Positions 24,401 to 37,572 of a DNA stretch of 64,000 bases are shown here, one piece after another; position 1 is the first letter of the stretch, and each line of letters begins with the position of its first letter. Below the pieces are notes generated by a model. That model was not told the DNA's origin and made no database searches. It worked only from the letters and a program-made list of their open reading frames with translations. Position numbers and translations under genes: made by a program. The stretch comes from Basidiobolus meristosporus CBS 931.73 (Eukaryota > Fungi > Basidiobolomycota), in the NCBI GenBank assembly GCA_002104905.1, contig MCFE01000109.1, positions 62,001 to 126,000 on the forward strand. The letters run 5' to 3'.

Positions 24401-25036
24401 TTCCTGAGTTTGAGGTCATATGGGATAGGCATTCTTCTGTCATATAGAAGGTGAGTTCTGAGTCTTCTTCAAGTTCATCCTACATTTTACTATGCTCAAG
24501 GGCTTCAATCAGACTGAAGGTTCTTGATGGCTGATGCCCATATAATGATTGTAGCCTCTTTGATTAGTCATTGTGGGCTTCCCAACTCCAAACATAGCTG
24601 AGTCATAGTCAATGGCAATGTTGATGGCTTCTTCAATAGTTTGGGGGCTTTGATAATTCACTTCCTTGCAAGTTCTTTTTTTCAACCTATCAATAAGGTA
24701 ATTAACTTAGTCCAGGGGGACTAATCTTTTAATTTGCCCCAGTAGACATCTGTATATAGGTTCCAGCAGCTGCTTATATTTATTTTGCCAGATCAATTGC
24801 CAGCTGATTGTATTTACTAATGTAGGTTGTGCTGATTACTCATTTGATTACTTCATCATCACCCAATAAGAACCTACTTAATATATTTATTTCTGTCTGA
24901 TAAGGATCTGCTGATTCATTTGCTGACTAATGATACCAATTTGATAGATCACACTAATATACTGATAGGCTAAACATACAATTATTTGATTAGACTAAAA
25001 ACTGATCTCACTTAGTTTAAGCAGTAGATCTTAACA
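21490..25036 (-). mobile_element. Degenerate, internally deleted family A copy with partial LTRs (to 21677 and about 24757-25036)
   Basis: ORF fragments 22120-22365, 23077-23418 (YLDD) and 23425-23652 match the intact polyprotein. Confidence 0.85.
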
Positions 25037-25499
25037 AAAATTCATAGTCTAGGTACATGATAATTTTGTGAAAGCATTTTAAGTAAACACCAACATAAAA
25101 TTAGATCAGGACAGAATGCTAGTCAAAGGATAAGATCTATGTGACTAAGTTAACTTGAAGAGTTAGGTAACAACTTAATAATAACAACACCTACTATATG
25201 CTGGATATCTACTTTGCTCCAGTGTGGCGCTTTATTTAGGAGAAAAACTGCTTAGTCAGCCAGAGGTTACAAATATCACAAAGGTTCTACAACAACAATG
25301 AGCTGTCAAAAATGATATAATATTTTGAAGAGAGAAAAATAAATGTGATAATGGTGTCAAATAGCCATCATAAAGTTTAATCCTTTGATTAATAGGTGTT
25401 AAATGCCATGAGGACAGTGCTCAAAGACCACTAAAAAAACTGCGCACCAGAGTTGACAGAGAAACTGGTCAGAGTTTCTTGTGACACCTTACATCAGTG

Positions 25500-26520
25500 G
25501 CTATGACTGCTCCAATGCTAGTTTTCTTACTTTTCAATTGCAGACACTCAATCACAATCCTGGACACTATATCACCTCCTGCATATGTTAAAATAGAAGG
25601 GCTAATAGCCCTTTCTCACATCCTTTACCTACTGACCTATATGATGCTCTTACTTTTCATGCATACAAATCTGCTTATTTCCTTTCAATCTTCAGTTAAA
25701 ACCCACTTTCCATCTGTTCTGACTCATGGAAAGTTCCTTTACCCAACACTTTGTACATTAAGCCCAGGCTCATACTCTACAATTGACTCCAATGATATCC
25801 ACCATTCAATAGGAAAACCCGCCCAATTTCTTCTCTGTCAAAATGCCCTATTCCCATGCTTTTGGCAGTTACCCCACAGCTTGATTCTATTGTTTGCTCA
25901 CTGGTTTCCATACTACCTGGTCTTCCGCCAGCACTGCAGTGTTTGGAACCTCATCTGCCAGACTTTTCAATAAATCCATGCAAGACTCATGATCATTTTC
26001 TCAGGCACTGCTATACAAGAAGTGCCCCAATCACTTGCTGTGCCTCTCATTGCCCCAATATTCCACTTATGCTTTGTAATAGTCCTTTAAGTTCTTGAGG
26101 CTGTTGCTCTGTCTCTTAGTGAGATCTCCATTCTGTATATAATTGAGGATGGGGAGGTTGTGTTAGACGGATAGCTTCATTTGGTGACCTCAGCTACTTC
26201 ACTAGAATAAAGCTCACCTGGCTGCATTTCCAACTCCTGAGAAAGCTGCGTGCTTTCTTATTGGTGTTTCATCTTGGCTATTATGGGATTTAACCTGCTC
26301 CAGGCTTTTGGCATCAAGTGGTGAATACTGCAGCTTTTTCTTACACTTTCTAGTTGTTTACTTGGACAGACCTATTTGCTTAGCACTGCCAGGTCTTCTG
26401 ATGCTGTTTTGTCCAAATGCCTGCTGCCATGTACCACATTCTCTCCATTTAAATGCTGCACTGATGCTGTGGTGGTGTAAAGGTACTCCTGGGAGAAGCT
26501 ACACAACTCAAGGTATGTGA
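25500..26520 (-). repeat. Unclassified repeat family X, copy 1
   Basis: Recognisable similarity by eye to 48790-49800 and 53690-54600. Confidence 0.45.
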
Positions 26521-27214
26521 TGTGTCTGATGGTTGCAACAATGTCTGGGTCTAAACTGCTGGTGTCTCTACTGCCATCTCATTTTTGTAAAAGCTCCTGT
26601 GTCACATGCTTCCTAGGTGGTCAAAGTGTCTCCAAAAACCTCAGTGTGTCTTGTGCACTACCCTGAAAAGCTCCTTCAAATCAGATCTGAGACTAACTGT
26701 TGCAGGTAGGTGCAGTAATCAACTGCTAATCAACAAGGAGAAAGTTTTACAGATAGCAGGGATGTGTCATGAATGAAGGATTGAAATACCTTGAATGCTT
26801 TTCCTGATTGCCAAGTGAATACAAATGACAAGGTTCTCTAAGGTTTTGGGCTTCATTTGAGTTCTTGATGACTTCACTACAAGCTTATAATATTCCCAGA
26901 TAGTCCTGGAAGATTCCAAAAGGCACAGCACAGGCAACCAATCAGAGAGAAGTGGTCTGAAACCTCTGCAACAAAGAGATATACTTTATGTATTGCAGTG
27001 GTAGGGACTGCAACACAGACCTAGGACATGTGTCAAAGGCAATTGCATGCTGACTTTTGTATATTGTCTCTGCAATAGATGATGTTCTTTGTGTTGGTGT
27101 TTGGATAATAACAATGTTTGTAAGTTAACAAGTAAATCCCCTAAATCTCACACATTTAACAGCAATACCATCCATTGTGCCCAGAGAAGCCAGCTATGTT
27201 GCTGATGGCTGAGG

Positions 27215-30200
27215 TGTTATGATCTGCCGCTAGAATGTTTAAGCTAGATCAGTTTTTGGTCAAATCAATTGGTGTATGTCTAGGTTATCAGTATATCAGT
27301 ATTATCTATGAAATCAGTAGCATTAGTCAGCAAATGAATCAGCAGATCCTTATCAGACAGAAATAGATATATTAAGTAAGATCTTATTAGGTGATGATGA
27401 TGCAATCATATGAGTCATCAGCCACAACCTACATTAGGAAATACAATTAGTCAGCAATTGATCTGGCAAAATGTATATAAGGAGCTGCTTGAACCTCAAT
27501 AAAAATCAGTTCAAGTTTTAGTGAATACAATACTAGCTAAACTCACTATTCTTCTACAACTCTTATAACAAGACTTGTAACATTGGTAGCAATGATAACC
27601 AGAAACCTCCCTCCTGAAGAAAGAAGAAACCACCCTCAAGATGTTGGACAATCAAGAATGGAAGAATGCCATGAAGCAAATCCTGGCCTAACAGCAACAT
27701 TTACTCCAGATCCTCCGTCAACAGCAACAAGAAATGACTACCATGGCTCAGAGCCAGCAAAGCCCTGTCAAGAGCAACTTTAGTGTGAAGGTCAACTGGT
27801 ACCATGGCAGAGTCAATGAAAACATGGGAACTTGGCTCTTTCAGATTGAAGAAGCTTTTAAAGTTAAAGGAATTGCTCCAGAAAGCAAGTTGCATTATGC
27901 AGCTTCTTACCTGGCAGATGCAACTTTACAGTGGTACCACAACAAGATAAGGTCAGCCACTATGATGGGATGCTCTACAATCTCTACCTGAGATGAGTTT
28001 GTGTTGGAAATTCAGAATGCTTTTGAACCTCCAGACCAGCAGACACTACTAAGAAGGAAGTTAAAGACACTCAGACAGAAAGGAATGGTGCAAGAATACA
28101 TCTATGAGTACAGATGTCTACTTGAACAAATTGAAAGAATGGACCCCTTGGATCAAGTTGAATACTTTATTGATGGGTTGAAAGAAAGAACTTACAAGGA
28201 AGTGAATTACCAAAGACCTCTGACTATTAAAGAAGCCATCAAGATTGCCATTGACTATGACTCAGCTATGTTTGGAGTTGTGAAGCCTACAGTGACTAAT
28301 CAGAAAGGCTACAATCATTATGAAAGAAGACAGTCAGAAGCAGTACTAATGGAAATAGATGCTATTCAGAAGAATCCTACCTCAGAAGAATGCAAGAAGA
28401 AAGGACTTTGCCTCAATTGCCACCAGCAGTGACATATTGCAAAGTACTGCCCTCAGAGAAGAATTAGACACCAGCCAACAAGAACCTTCAACCATATTGA
28501 GTCCCATGAACACAGCAATGTGGAAGATGAGCTTGAAGAAGACTCAGAACTCACCTTCCACATGTGAGAAGAATACCTATCCCAGATGACCTCAAACTTA
28601 GGAAAGCTACTATCCTTGAATGGGGTAATCAATGGAGTACCTGCCATGATCATGATTGACTCAGGAGCATTGCATGAGTACATGTCAGAGCAATTAGCTC
28701 TGGAAGCTGGAATCAACTTGGAACCTACCAAATCAACTTCAGTCTCCACAGCTGATGGGAACTCTCACATAATCAACCGTATTACCCAGCCCGTAAGTAT
28801 GAAGATCAATGACTATGAAGAAGACCTACAGGCTTATATACTAGGGAACTGCAAGTTTGACTTTGTACTTGGAAAAGCCTGGCTATTTTGTTGTAATGCA
28901 TTAATCAACTGGAGAACACATGCTACTCAGATCCAAAAAAGACAAGAAGACCTATTAGGTATTGCCTGCCAAGCTGGATTTCAACTTGGCCAATTCCAGT
29001 GTGTGTGAGACAAGTGAACTTAGCAAGACCTATTTCTGTAGAGCGCTTAGAATAGGAACTCAGATGTTCCTCATGGCAGTTTTACAGGAGGATTCCTCTA
29101 CCCCTGCACCCCAGCATGTCCAGACTCTCTTAAAGAAATATTCAGACGTGTTTCCAGATGAGCTTGTAAGCCTACCACCAGTCAGAGACGTGGATCATGC
29201 CATTGACACAGGAGATAGCCCTCCAGTGAGCAAGACACCTTACAGAATGAGTCCATTGGAATAGGAGGAAATGAAGAGACAAATTGTTCAGCCATTGGAG
29301 CAAGGATACATCAGGCCCAGCAAGTCACCCTGGGGAGCACCAGTGCTTTTTGTGAAAAAGAAGAATGGAACACTTAGGATGTGCATTGACTACAGAGCCA
29401 TGAACTCAGTTACCGTCAAGAATAAGTACCCCACACCTTAGATTGATGAGCTTTTGGACCAACTAAATGGAGCCACTATTTTCAGCAAGATTGACCTCAT
29501 GTCAGGATACAACCAAATTAGGGTGAGACCTGAAGATATTCCTAAGGCAGCATTTAGGACCAGATATGGACATTACAAGTACTTAGTCATGAGTTTTGGC
29601 CTCACTAATGTCCCTGCAACATTCATGACACTGATGCAGACTGTCTTTCAGGAGTACTTAGACAAGTTTGTGATAATTTACTTGGATGACATATTGATAT
29701 ACAGAAAGACAGAAGAGGATCACATAGTGCACATTGAAAAGGTCTTGGAGAAACTAAGAGAGAACAACCTATATGGCAAGCTAGCCAAGTGAGAATTCTA
29801 CAAGGAGCATGTTGAGTACCTGGGACTCATAGTGACTAGCACAGGAGTAACCGTAGACCCCAAGAAGGTGGAAGTAATCAATAATATGAAGCAGCCCCAT
29901 AGCATATCAGAACTCAGATCCTTCCTTGGAATGGTTTCCTATTATTGGAAATTTGTCAAGTTGTTTGCAAGTATTGCAGCCCCTTTAACTGATATCCTCA
30001 AGAAAGACAATGCCCACAAGTGGGACATAGCTTGTGAGACTGCCTTCCAGACGCTCAAGAATGAACTTGCTAAGCTGCCAAGCTTGAGAATACCAGACTT
30101 CGGAAAAGAGTTCACTCTGTGCACAGACGCTTCAGATTATGCAATTTTGGAGTGCTGAGCCAAGAACACAATGGAAAGGACTACCCTGTTGCATTTGAAT

Positions 30201-31399
30201 CCAAGAAACAGAACTCAGCAGAACAAAACTATCCAGTCCATGAGAAGGAGATGCTTGCTATAATACAGTGTTTGAAGACATGGAGATGCTATATTGAAGG
30301 AGTCAAATGCACTGTGAAGACTGATCATGCCTCCCTCAAGTATATATTTACTCAGAAGGTACTCTCTAGAAGATTGACAAGATGGAGTGAATACATTCAG
30401 CAATTTCACCTGGAGATTGCCCACAGCCCTGGAAAAAACTACATGGTTGCTGATGCCTTATCAAGATTAGATCAAGTTGTACAACTCAACTTGGTGCATG
30501 AATCAGATTGGCCTAGCCTATCACCAAAGTACTTGGAGGACCAAGCCATTCCTAATGGGGTGGATGAAGAGATAAAGAAGATAATCCAGGATGAAGCCAG
30601 CAAATTTGTTGTACAGGATGAAACACTCTACCAAATTGTTGATGGAAGACCTATTGCCTATTGTCCTTATGTTGCCCGCCTGGATTTAATACATCAGCTA
30701 CACAATGGATATGGACATCTTAGAATTGAAGGAACCTATAGCCTTGTGAAAGCCAGAGCATGGTGGCCCAGAATGAAATAAGATATTGAGAAGCTAGTGA
30801 AAACATGCCCAAACTGCCAAATCAATCAAGGCCAGCCACAACAAATTGCCAAACTCTTTCCTTTGGAGCCTGTAAGACCATTTGAGAGATGGGAAATTGA
30901 CTTTATTGGTAAACTGCCAACTACCAGGAAATGCAACTGTTGGATCCTAGTAGCAATTGACCATGCCACTAAATGGCCAGTTGCTAAAGCTGTACCAATA
31001 GCCAGTGAGCAAGAAGTTGGAAGTTTCATTTACCATGAGATCCTGATGAAGTTTGGATGCCCTGTGGAGATCTTATTAGATAGAGGAGCAAATTTTATGG
31101 TAAAGACGTTAGAGGCTCACCTGGAAATGCAGCAGGTCAGACACTTGAAAACCTTGGCATATCACCCCAGAACTAATGGAGTCACTGAACGCTTTAATGC
31201 AGTATTTGGAAAAATGCTGACCAAGTATGCAAATGGAGCTGTCAGTAGATGGGATGAGTATATAGACCAAGCACTCTTTGCATGCAGAGTCAGTGTACAC
31301 AACACCACCCAGCAATCACCATTTTACTTAGTGTATGGATGTGAGCCAAGGATTCCAGGAGATCTCACACAACCCAAGCTTACAGATGCCTTAGAAGAT
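27215..31399 (+). mobile_element. Family A copy with 5' LTR (27215-27582), fragmented gag-pol, 3'-truncated
   Basis: 368-bp LTR, PBS, and ORF pieces 28001-28432, 28586-29008, 29454-29792, 30119-30781 and 30797-31534. Homology stops at GAAGAT (31399). Confidence 0.92.
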
Positions 31400-31539
31400 T
31401 CCATCTACCCTAGCAGCAGTACTCTGCATGAGCCTGACAGAATCCCAATACACAATGAGACAACACCCATGGAGATATGCCAAGGATATGCTTTGAGGCA
31501 AAGTGAGCCCAGTAATAAATTTGCTGAGGAATGATCAGA

Positions 31540-32000
31540 TGTTGTTTCTAGAAAAGTGGCATGTTTTGATCAATGTTAGCAATGGAGGTGTTGAGGTTTT
31601 ACTGCTACTACTTCTCAAAGCTATTTCAGGTTGCAAATCACCACATTCTGGGTTCAAATGAGCAAACATTGTGTAGTGAGTGACATATGACTCAGAGAAA
31701 ATCTGGATATTAGCATATATCAGCAGTTGAATGGCATTTACATCAGAAAATGCTCCATTGCAAGATATCCAATTTGTAAGGAATTTCTTATCATGGGAGT
31801 AAACATTGCTACACTCCAGATATACTCCTGTAATACCCTGCTAAAGTATATGATGAAGTCCAACAAATGCTTTGTAGCTACAAAGTACTCACTTGGTATC
31901 AGTCAAGCGCAAACATCTCTGATATAACTGATGACAAGCATAATAAATAACCAAGAGGCATGGTGAACCTTGAAGGTATGTACACCCATGCCTTTGCCTT
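31540..32000 (-). repeat. Decayed segment homologous to 53170-53560 (possible Mutator-like transposase)
   Basis: Shared GAGGTTTTACTGCTACT and ACATCAGAAAATGC blocks. Confidence 0.35.
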
Positions 32001-32299
32001 GGCACTTACAGGTTTCTCACAGTATTAGTGCTCTACCAGCAAGTACTGCTGGTCACTGATTTTCATCAACCTGAATATGCTGCCAAATATACGGTATCAG
32101 AGCAGAAGTCTGATCTTGGACTCACTGATGTCTGATCTATATCACCACCCATCTTGGATAGCTACCTGTATCTGTTGCCAGATGAGCTTTGTATGCTTTT
32201 CAGTGAGATGCTAGTCAATGGTCATCATGTCAATGCTCATTTTATCTTCTGTATTTGGGATGTCCCAGCTAGCAGTACAAGAGCTGGCTTTTCTTGGTG

Positions 32300-33750
32300 C
32301 AATGAATGGTTTTGCTGTCATATATGTTGGATACTGAGATTTACTCCATAGCTCACAAACACTGCTATTATCCAGGCACAAGCACTAGGAACATCATCTT
32401 CTCATGGAGGGAACATACAAAAGTCAGCTTGCCATTGCAGCAAGGTTGTCTAGTGATTAGCCATTATCCAGAATACAGAATTCATTGAAAACCAGATTTA
32501 CTAAAAACAGAGAGTAGGTTTTTGAGTAATTTGCTTTCAACAGTATCCCTGTATCAATGACCAAGTTGTAAATGGGCTTTTGAAGCTACTTGATCCCATC
32601 TGTATATGCTCACCAATACAAATGCGTAGACTGGATGAATGGGATATGTGTTTATTCAGTTGGCCTTCTGAAGCCATTTCTACCAAGTGTACAGTGAGAG
32701 CATTGGGAGAATATAGGAATATTTGTTCAGAAGTAGATCATAAATGTCAATTTGGCACGTTTGGAGCATTTATGAAAGGAGCTTATATTGGGATTTGAGT
32801 GGCTACACTACCAGCAAAAAACTAGTGTGTAAATCTCAGCCACCACTGTATTCATAATCTAATCCATCTTCCTTGGTGTGTAGTGAATATTGGGCCTTGA
32901 TGCACCTCAGGGGAGCTTTTTATGAAACAGATGTGAGGGAAGATAGGAAGACCAAATAGGTTGCAGGTATTAACATTTCCTAATCTTACTTGAATATAGC
33001 TTTCAGCTCTGTCATTGATTTAATGAGCTGGTACATTGAGAATAGTTAGGCAGAGTTGAGAAATGCCAAGGACAGATCTGCACATGGAGACACCTATGCA
33101 TATGGCATTAAGGAACTAAGCATTCCCAATGTGTAGGTAATTGGTTAAGTTGGGCAAGGCTGGGCTGGACACATCAATCATCTAACTAATGTCTGGGCAG
33201 CTTCACCAGAGTATCCCAGATTCCCCCTGATAACAAGCCAATTTCTACACCATACCATAAAGAACTCACACACACCAGAGCCAGAGTGCACCTATTATGA
33301 GGACTAGAATCCTGCTGGGTGTAGGAGTATATTGGCAACATAGGACAAAGTTCTTTACAGATACTCAGGAGGTATTAATGTCAGAAGTAGTGGTAACTAA
33401 GCATGTGTTTGCAAGATGTATATGGTAACTTTATAAGTGTCACACTGAAAAGCTGTAAGTTGAGATAATAGAAGTGTGTCAATTTCAGCAGGTGTGCAGA
33501 TAAGTAGAAGTTAGTCAGCAGGAGGCAATAGGTTTTTTTGACTTAACTTATGTGAAATGCCCACAGTAGTAGTGGGTAAGCAACTGAAGAGGGGTGATTC
33601 TACTGTGGGATATGTGTATGGTACAATGGATGGTAGATGAGGCAATACTATTTGGTAAACCAGTACAGTTTTGCTATACAGAACTATCTATAGGCCAGCA
33701 TATTGCTGCAATGAAGCCATCAGAGCACCATCATTTTTCTTTTCATAAAC
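32300..33750 (-). mobile_element. Highly decayed pol remnant, possibly another Ty3/gypsy family
   Basis: Faint motifs only: KNDGAL (RT start), QWWL...QTCQ (integrase zinc finger), FSKSGF..ILYSG (integrase core). Confidence 0.3.
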
Positions 33751-36700
33751 AGCTGTATATGTATTAACTGGTTTGGAATGCTCTGATAAGCATTGAGTGC
33801 ATCAAGTCCATCCAAATACCATTCATTTGTTGGCTAAAGACTGCTCAAATGCCATCATGTTTGAAACTTTGTTTGGCTGTATAATCAGCAAAATGCCATC
33901 ACAATCCCATCATAGGATAACAATATGGGTAATTAATTACAAGCTGCTGGCATTCTGGCAGCCTCATGGTGAAATACTGATGGCTGATCTGAATTGAATC
34001 CACCTATAGGAGCATATTATTTCTCAGAGGATAGTAAGCTTATATAAGTCTCTAGGTACTTTAAATTAAATCATGAAAAAGCATACAGAAGCCTCCTAAT
34101 GTCCAAGTGTGGAGTTGAGATCCTGGCCCAAGTATATGCAAATAGTCTCTATGCTCACTATAGATTATACATAATAAACTACTAAGGAGTATGCTGGTTA
34201 CCCTGCACTGGTATATTTATTAATTTGCACAAAGTGATGGATGATCATATAAATTGACATGGATCAATTGTTTATCTTGCTTTTTCAATAAAACCAAGTT
34301 ATTTGAAGCTCCCAGCTACATGTCATACTGCAGTAATAATAGCTGCTACTAAGATTCTGACAGAAGTGGCTGTTCAGGGAGGTGTATTTGACTAAAGATG
34401 ATCCATCCTGCAAAACAATATCACAGTGCTAAATGGATGACCAATTAGGATGAAACACCTGATAATTGAAGTATTTTGAATACAGGAGGCTCCAGAACAC
34501 TGAGGAGGATCTGACAAGCTGTGGATATGCCATCTGTATGCTTCTAAACTAGATCAACAAGTAAAATTCAGCCACCAGCTGTTACAAGTCTTGGTATAAG
34601 AGTTGTAGAGGAATAGGGAGTTTAGCTAGTATTGTATTCACTAAAACTTGAACTAATTGACTTGACTAAAAACTGATCTAACTTAAACACTCAAGCAGCA
34701 GATCATAACATTCACCCCTACTAAAGTTGAGAGGGTACTCCTGAATCTCTTTTCTTGCGATACAAATATCTTGATGGTTCAGTATTATCCGCAAGTCTTG
34801 CAAGCTTGGGTCTGTCCCTGTTACAAGTCTTGGTATAAGAGTTGTAGAGGAATAGGGAGTTTAGCTAGTATTGTATTCACTAAAACTTGAACTGATTTTT
34901 ATTGAGGTTCCAGCAGCTCCTTATATACATTTTGCCAGATCAATTGCTGACTAATTGTATTTCCTAATGTAGGTTGTGGCTGATGACTCATTTGATTGCA
35001 TCATCATCACCTAATAAGATCCTACTTAATATATCTATTTCTGTCTGATAAGGATCTGGTGATTCATTTGCTGACTAATGCTACTGATTTCATAGATGAT
35101 ACTGATACACTGATAACCTAAACATATACTAATTGATTTGACTAAAAACTGATCTAACTTATACATTCAAGCAGCAGATCATAACATTCTCCCCTACTAA
35201 AGTTGAGAGGGTTCTCCTGAATCTCTTTTCTTGTGATACCAATATCTTGATGGTTCAGTATTATCAGCAAGTCTTGCAAGCTTGAGTCTGTCCCTATGCA
35301 TAAGTCTTCCCAGATATTGCCTTGTTTGTTCACCAGTTGGTAAGTTGCAAATGGACATTCTCTGATGATCTTGAATGGTCCTGTCCATTGTGGCTCAAAC
35401 CTCTTCCAAGTGTTGTTTCTTAGCAATACAATGTTCCCAACTGTCAATGCTTCTGGTGCTATAGTCTTATCAAATCTCTGCTTCATCTTTTCTGCACTTT
35501 GAGATACTTTGGTCTGTGCCTCTTGACATCTTTATTCCAGTTGCTGGTGTCTACTTGGCTGACTGAGCTCATCTTCCAAGGTGTCTGTAAGTTTTGGTTG
35601 TGTGAGATCTCCTGGAATCCTTGGTTCACATCCATAAACTAAGTAAAATGGTGATTGCTGGGTGGTGTTGTGTACACTGACTCTGCATGCAAAGAGTGCT
35701 AGGTCTATATACTCATCTCATCTACTGACAACTCCATTTGCATACTTGGTCAGCATTTTTCCAAATAATGCATTAAAGCGTTCAGTGACTCCATTAGTTC
35801 TGGGGTGATATGCCAAGGTTTTCAGGTCTCTAATCTGCTGCATTTCCAGGTAAGCCTCTAATGTCTTTGCCATAAAGTTTGCACCTCTATTGGATAAGAT
35901 CTCCACAGGGCATCCAAACTTCATCAGGATCTCATGGTAAATGAAACTTGCAACTTCTTGTTCACTGGCTATTGGTACAGCTTTAGCAACTGGCCATTTA
36001 GTGGCATGGTCAATTGCTACTAGGATCCAACGGTTGCATTTCCTGGTAGTTGGCAGTTTACCAATAAAGTCAATTTCCCATTGCTCAAATGGACTTACAG
36101 GCTCCAAAGGAAAGAGTTTGGCAATTCTTTGTGGCTGGCCTTAATTGATTTGGCAGTTTGGGCATGTTTTCACTAGCTTCTCAATATCTTGTTTAATACT
36201 GGGCCACCATGCTCTGGCTTTCACAAGGCTATAGGTTCCTTCAATCCCAAGATGTCCATATACATTGTGTAGCTTATTTATTATATCCAGGCAAGAAACA
36301 TAAGGGCAATAGGCAATAGGGCTTCCATCAACAATTTGGTAGAGTGTTTCATTCTGTACAACAAATATGCTGGCTTCATCACAGATTATCTTCTTGATAT
36401 CTTCATCCACCTCATTAGGAATGGCTTGGTCCTCCAAGTACTTTGGTAATAGGCTAGGCCAATCTGAATCATGCACCAAGTTGAGTTGTGCAACTTGATC
36501 TAATCTTGATAAGGCATCAGCAACCATGTTGTTTTCTCCAGGACAGTAGACAATCTCCAGGTCAAATTGCTGAATGTATTCACTCCATCTGTTGTGTTGT
36601 ATTATGATTAGTTTGGGGCTTGTTCTACAATGTAGAGGCTAATCAACAATATACAATAACTTCCAGTATGCTAATACTGAAATAGTTTATTGGGAGTTTG

Positions 36701-36904
36701 ATATACCGATAGAAGATATAACTTTCACTAATTTCCTCAATCTTGGGCTCAAAATATACTGTAGGCAGTGTTTATCACTTCTACAGCAGTGTTCTGACCT
36801 TCTGTTGACTAATGGGCTTATTTACTTTTATAGTAACTTTTCCTTATTTGGAAGTCACTTTCCTTTCTGAGAAAATATTTCCTAATATGGAAATTCTGAA
36901 CTCC

Positions 36905-37153
36905 CCTTTAACCTAAAGGGTGTGTTGTAGAAGTCTCTAAAGGGGTCTTTAGACCTAAAGGGGTGTCTAAAGGGGTGTCTTTAGAGTAAAGGGGCTTCTT
37001 GTAGTGGTCTCTAAAGTGGACTTTACACTAAAGGGGTGCCTAAAGGGGCTTCTTTAGAGTAAAGGGGTTTCTTAAAGGGGTCTCTAAAGGGGTCTTTAGA
37101 CTAAAGGGGTGTCTAAAGGGGTGTCTTTAGAGTAAAGGGGTTTCTTAGAGGGG
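36905..37153 (+). repeat. Irregular tandem array with 12 exact TAAAGGGG units, including a direct repeat of about 64 bp
   Basis: Counted directly. 36936-37000 is repeated at 37083-37146. Confidence 0.9.
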
Positions 37154-37420
37154 ACTTTTCCGACAGAAAAGTGGTAGTTTCTTGTAGAACTTAGATTGGA
37201 TTCTTGTGAGCTTTGCAGTCTCTTTACTGATGTAGTACTGATCAAAGTCAGAATACTCAACAGTGCAAGTGATGCAGGGGAAGTCTTATAACCTTTAAAC
37301 TTGTAATTGTAGTGTGGAGATTCTGGAAAGAGAGGCTCTCCCTTTATTTTTTCAGCTGGGGAAGTCATATATATGAAAATCTTGAAGGATCAAAGTTTTT
37401 GGGCGATTGCGCAAGCAATA

Positions 37421-37572
37421 CACGTGATACGAAGCTAAAATTTTGCAGTGGCGCAGATCGGACATAGGCGCAGCACCTGTGAAAATATCACGTGATTTGA
37501 TTGGCTGGTTCAAAAGTTACACGCGATCAAAGTCACCATAGTAATCCTAGCAATAAGGCATAGTATATATAA
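37421..37572 (+). promoter_or_regulatory. Putative LTR-B promoter: two CACGTG boxes, a reverse CCAAT and a TATATATAA
   Basis: CACGTG at 37421 and 37489, ATTGG at 37500, TATATATAA at 37564, all within a local CpG-rich patch. Confidence 0.45.

Noticed and set aside
25497-25973. 158-aa plus-strand ORF
   Set aside because: Hydrophobic, motif-free and antisense to the family X repeat. Not open in the other copies.
26870-27200. Possible second Harbinger transposase remnant (SLGTMDG) on the minus strand
   Set aside because: One short motif only, with no recoverable second Asp or Glu and no TIR.
36905-37153. TAAAGGGG array as interstitial telomere, and ORF 37096-37368
   Set aside because: Units are irregularly spaced and lie inside a TSD-bounded LTR. 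The ORF is a by-product of the repeat.
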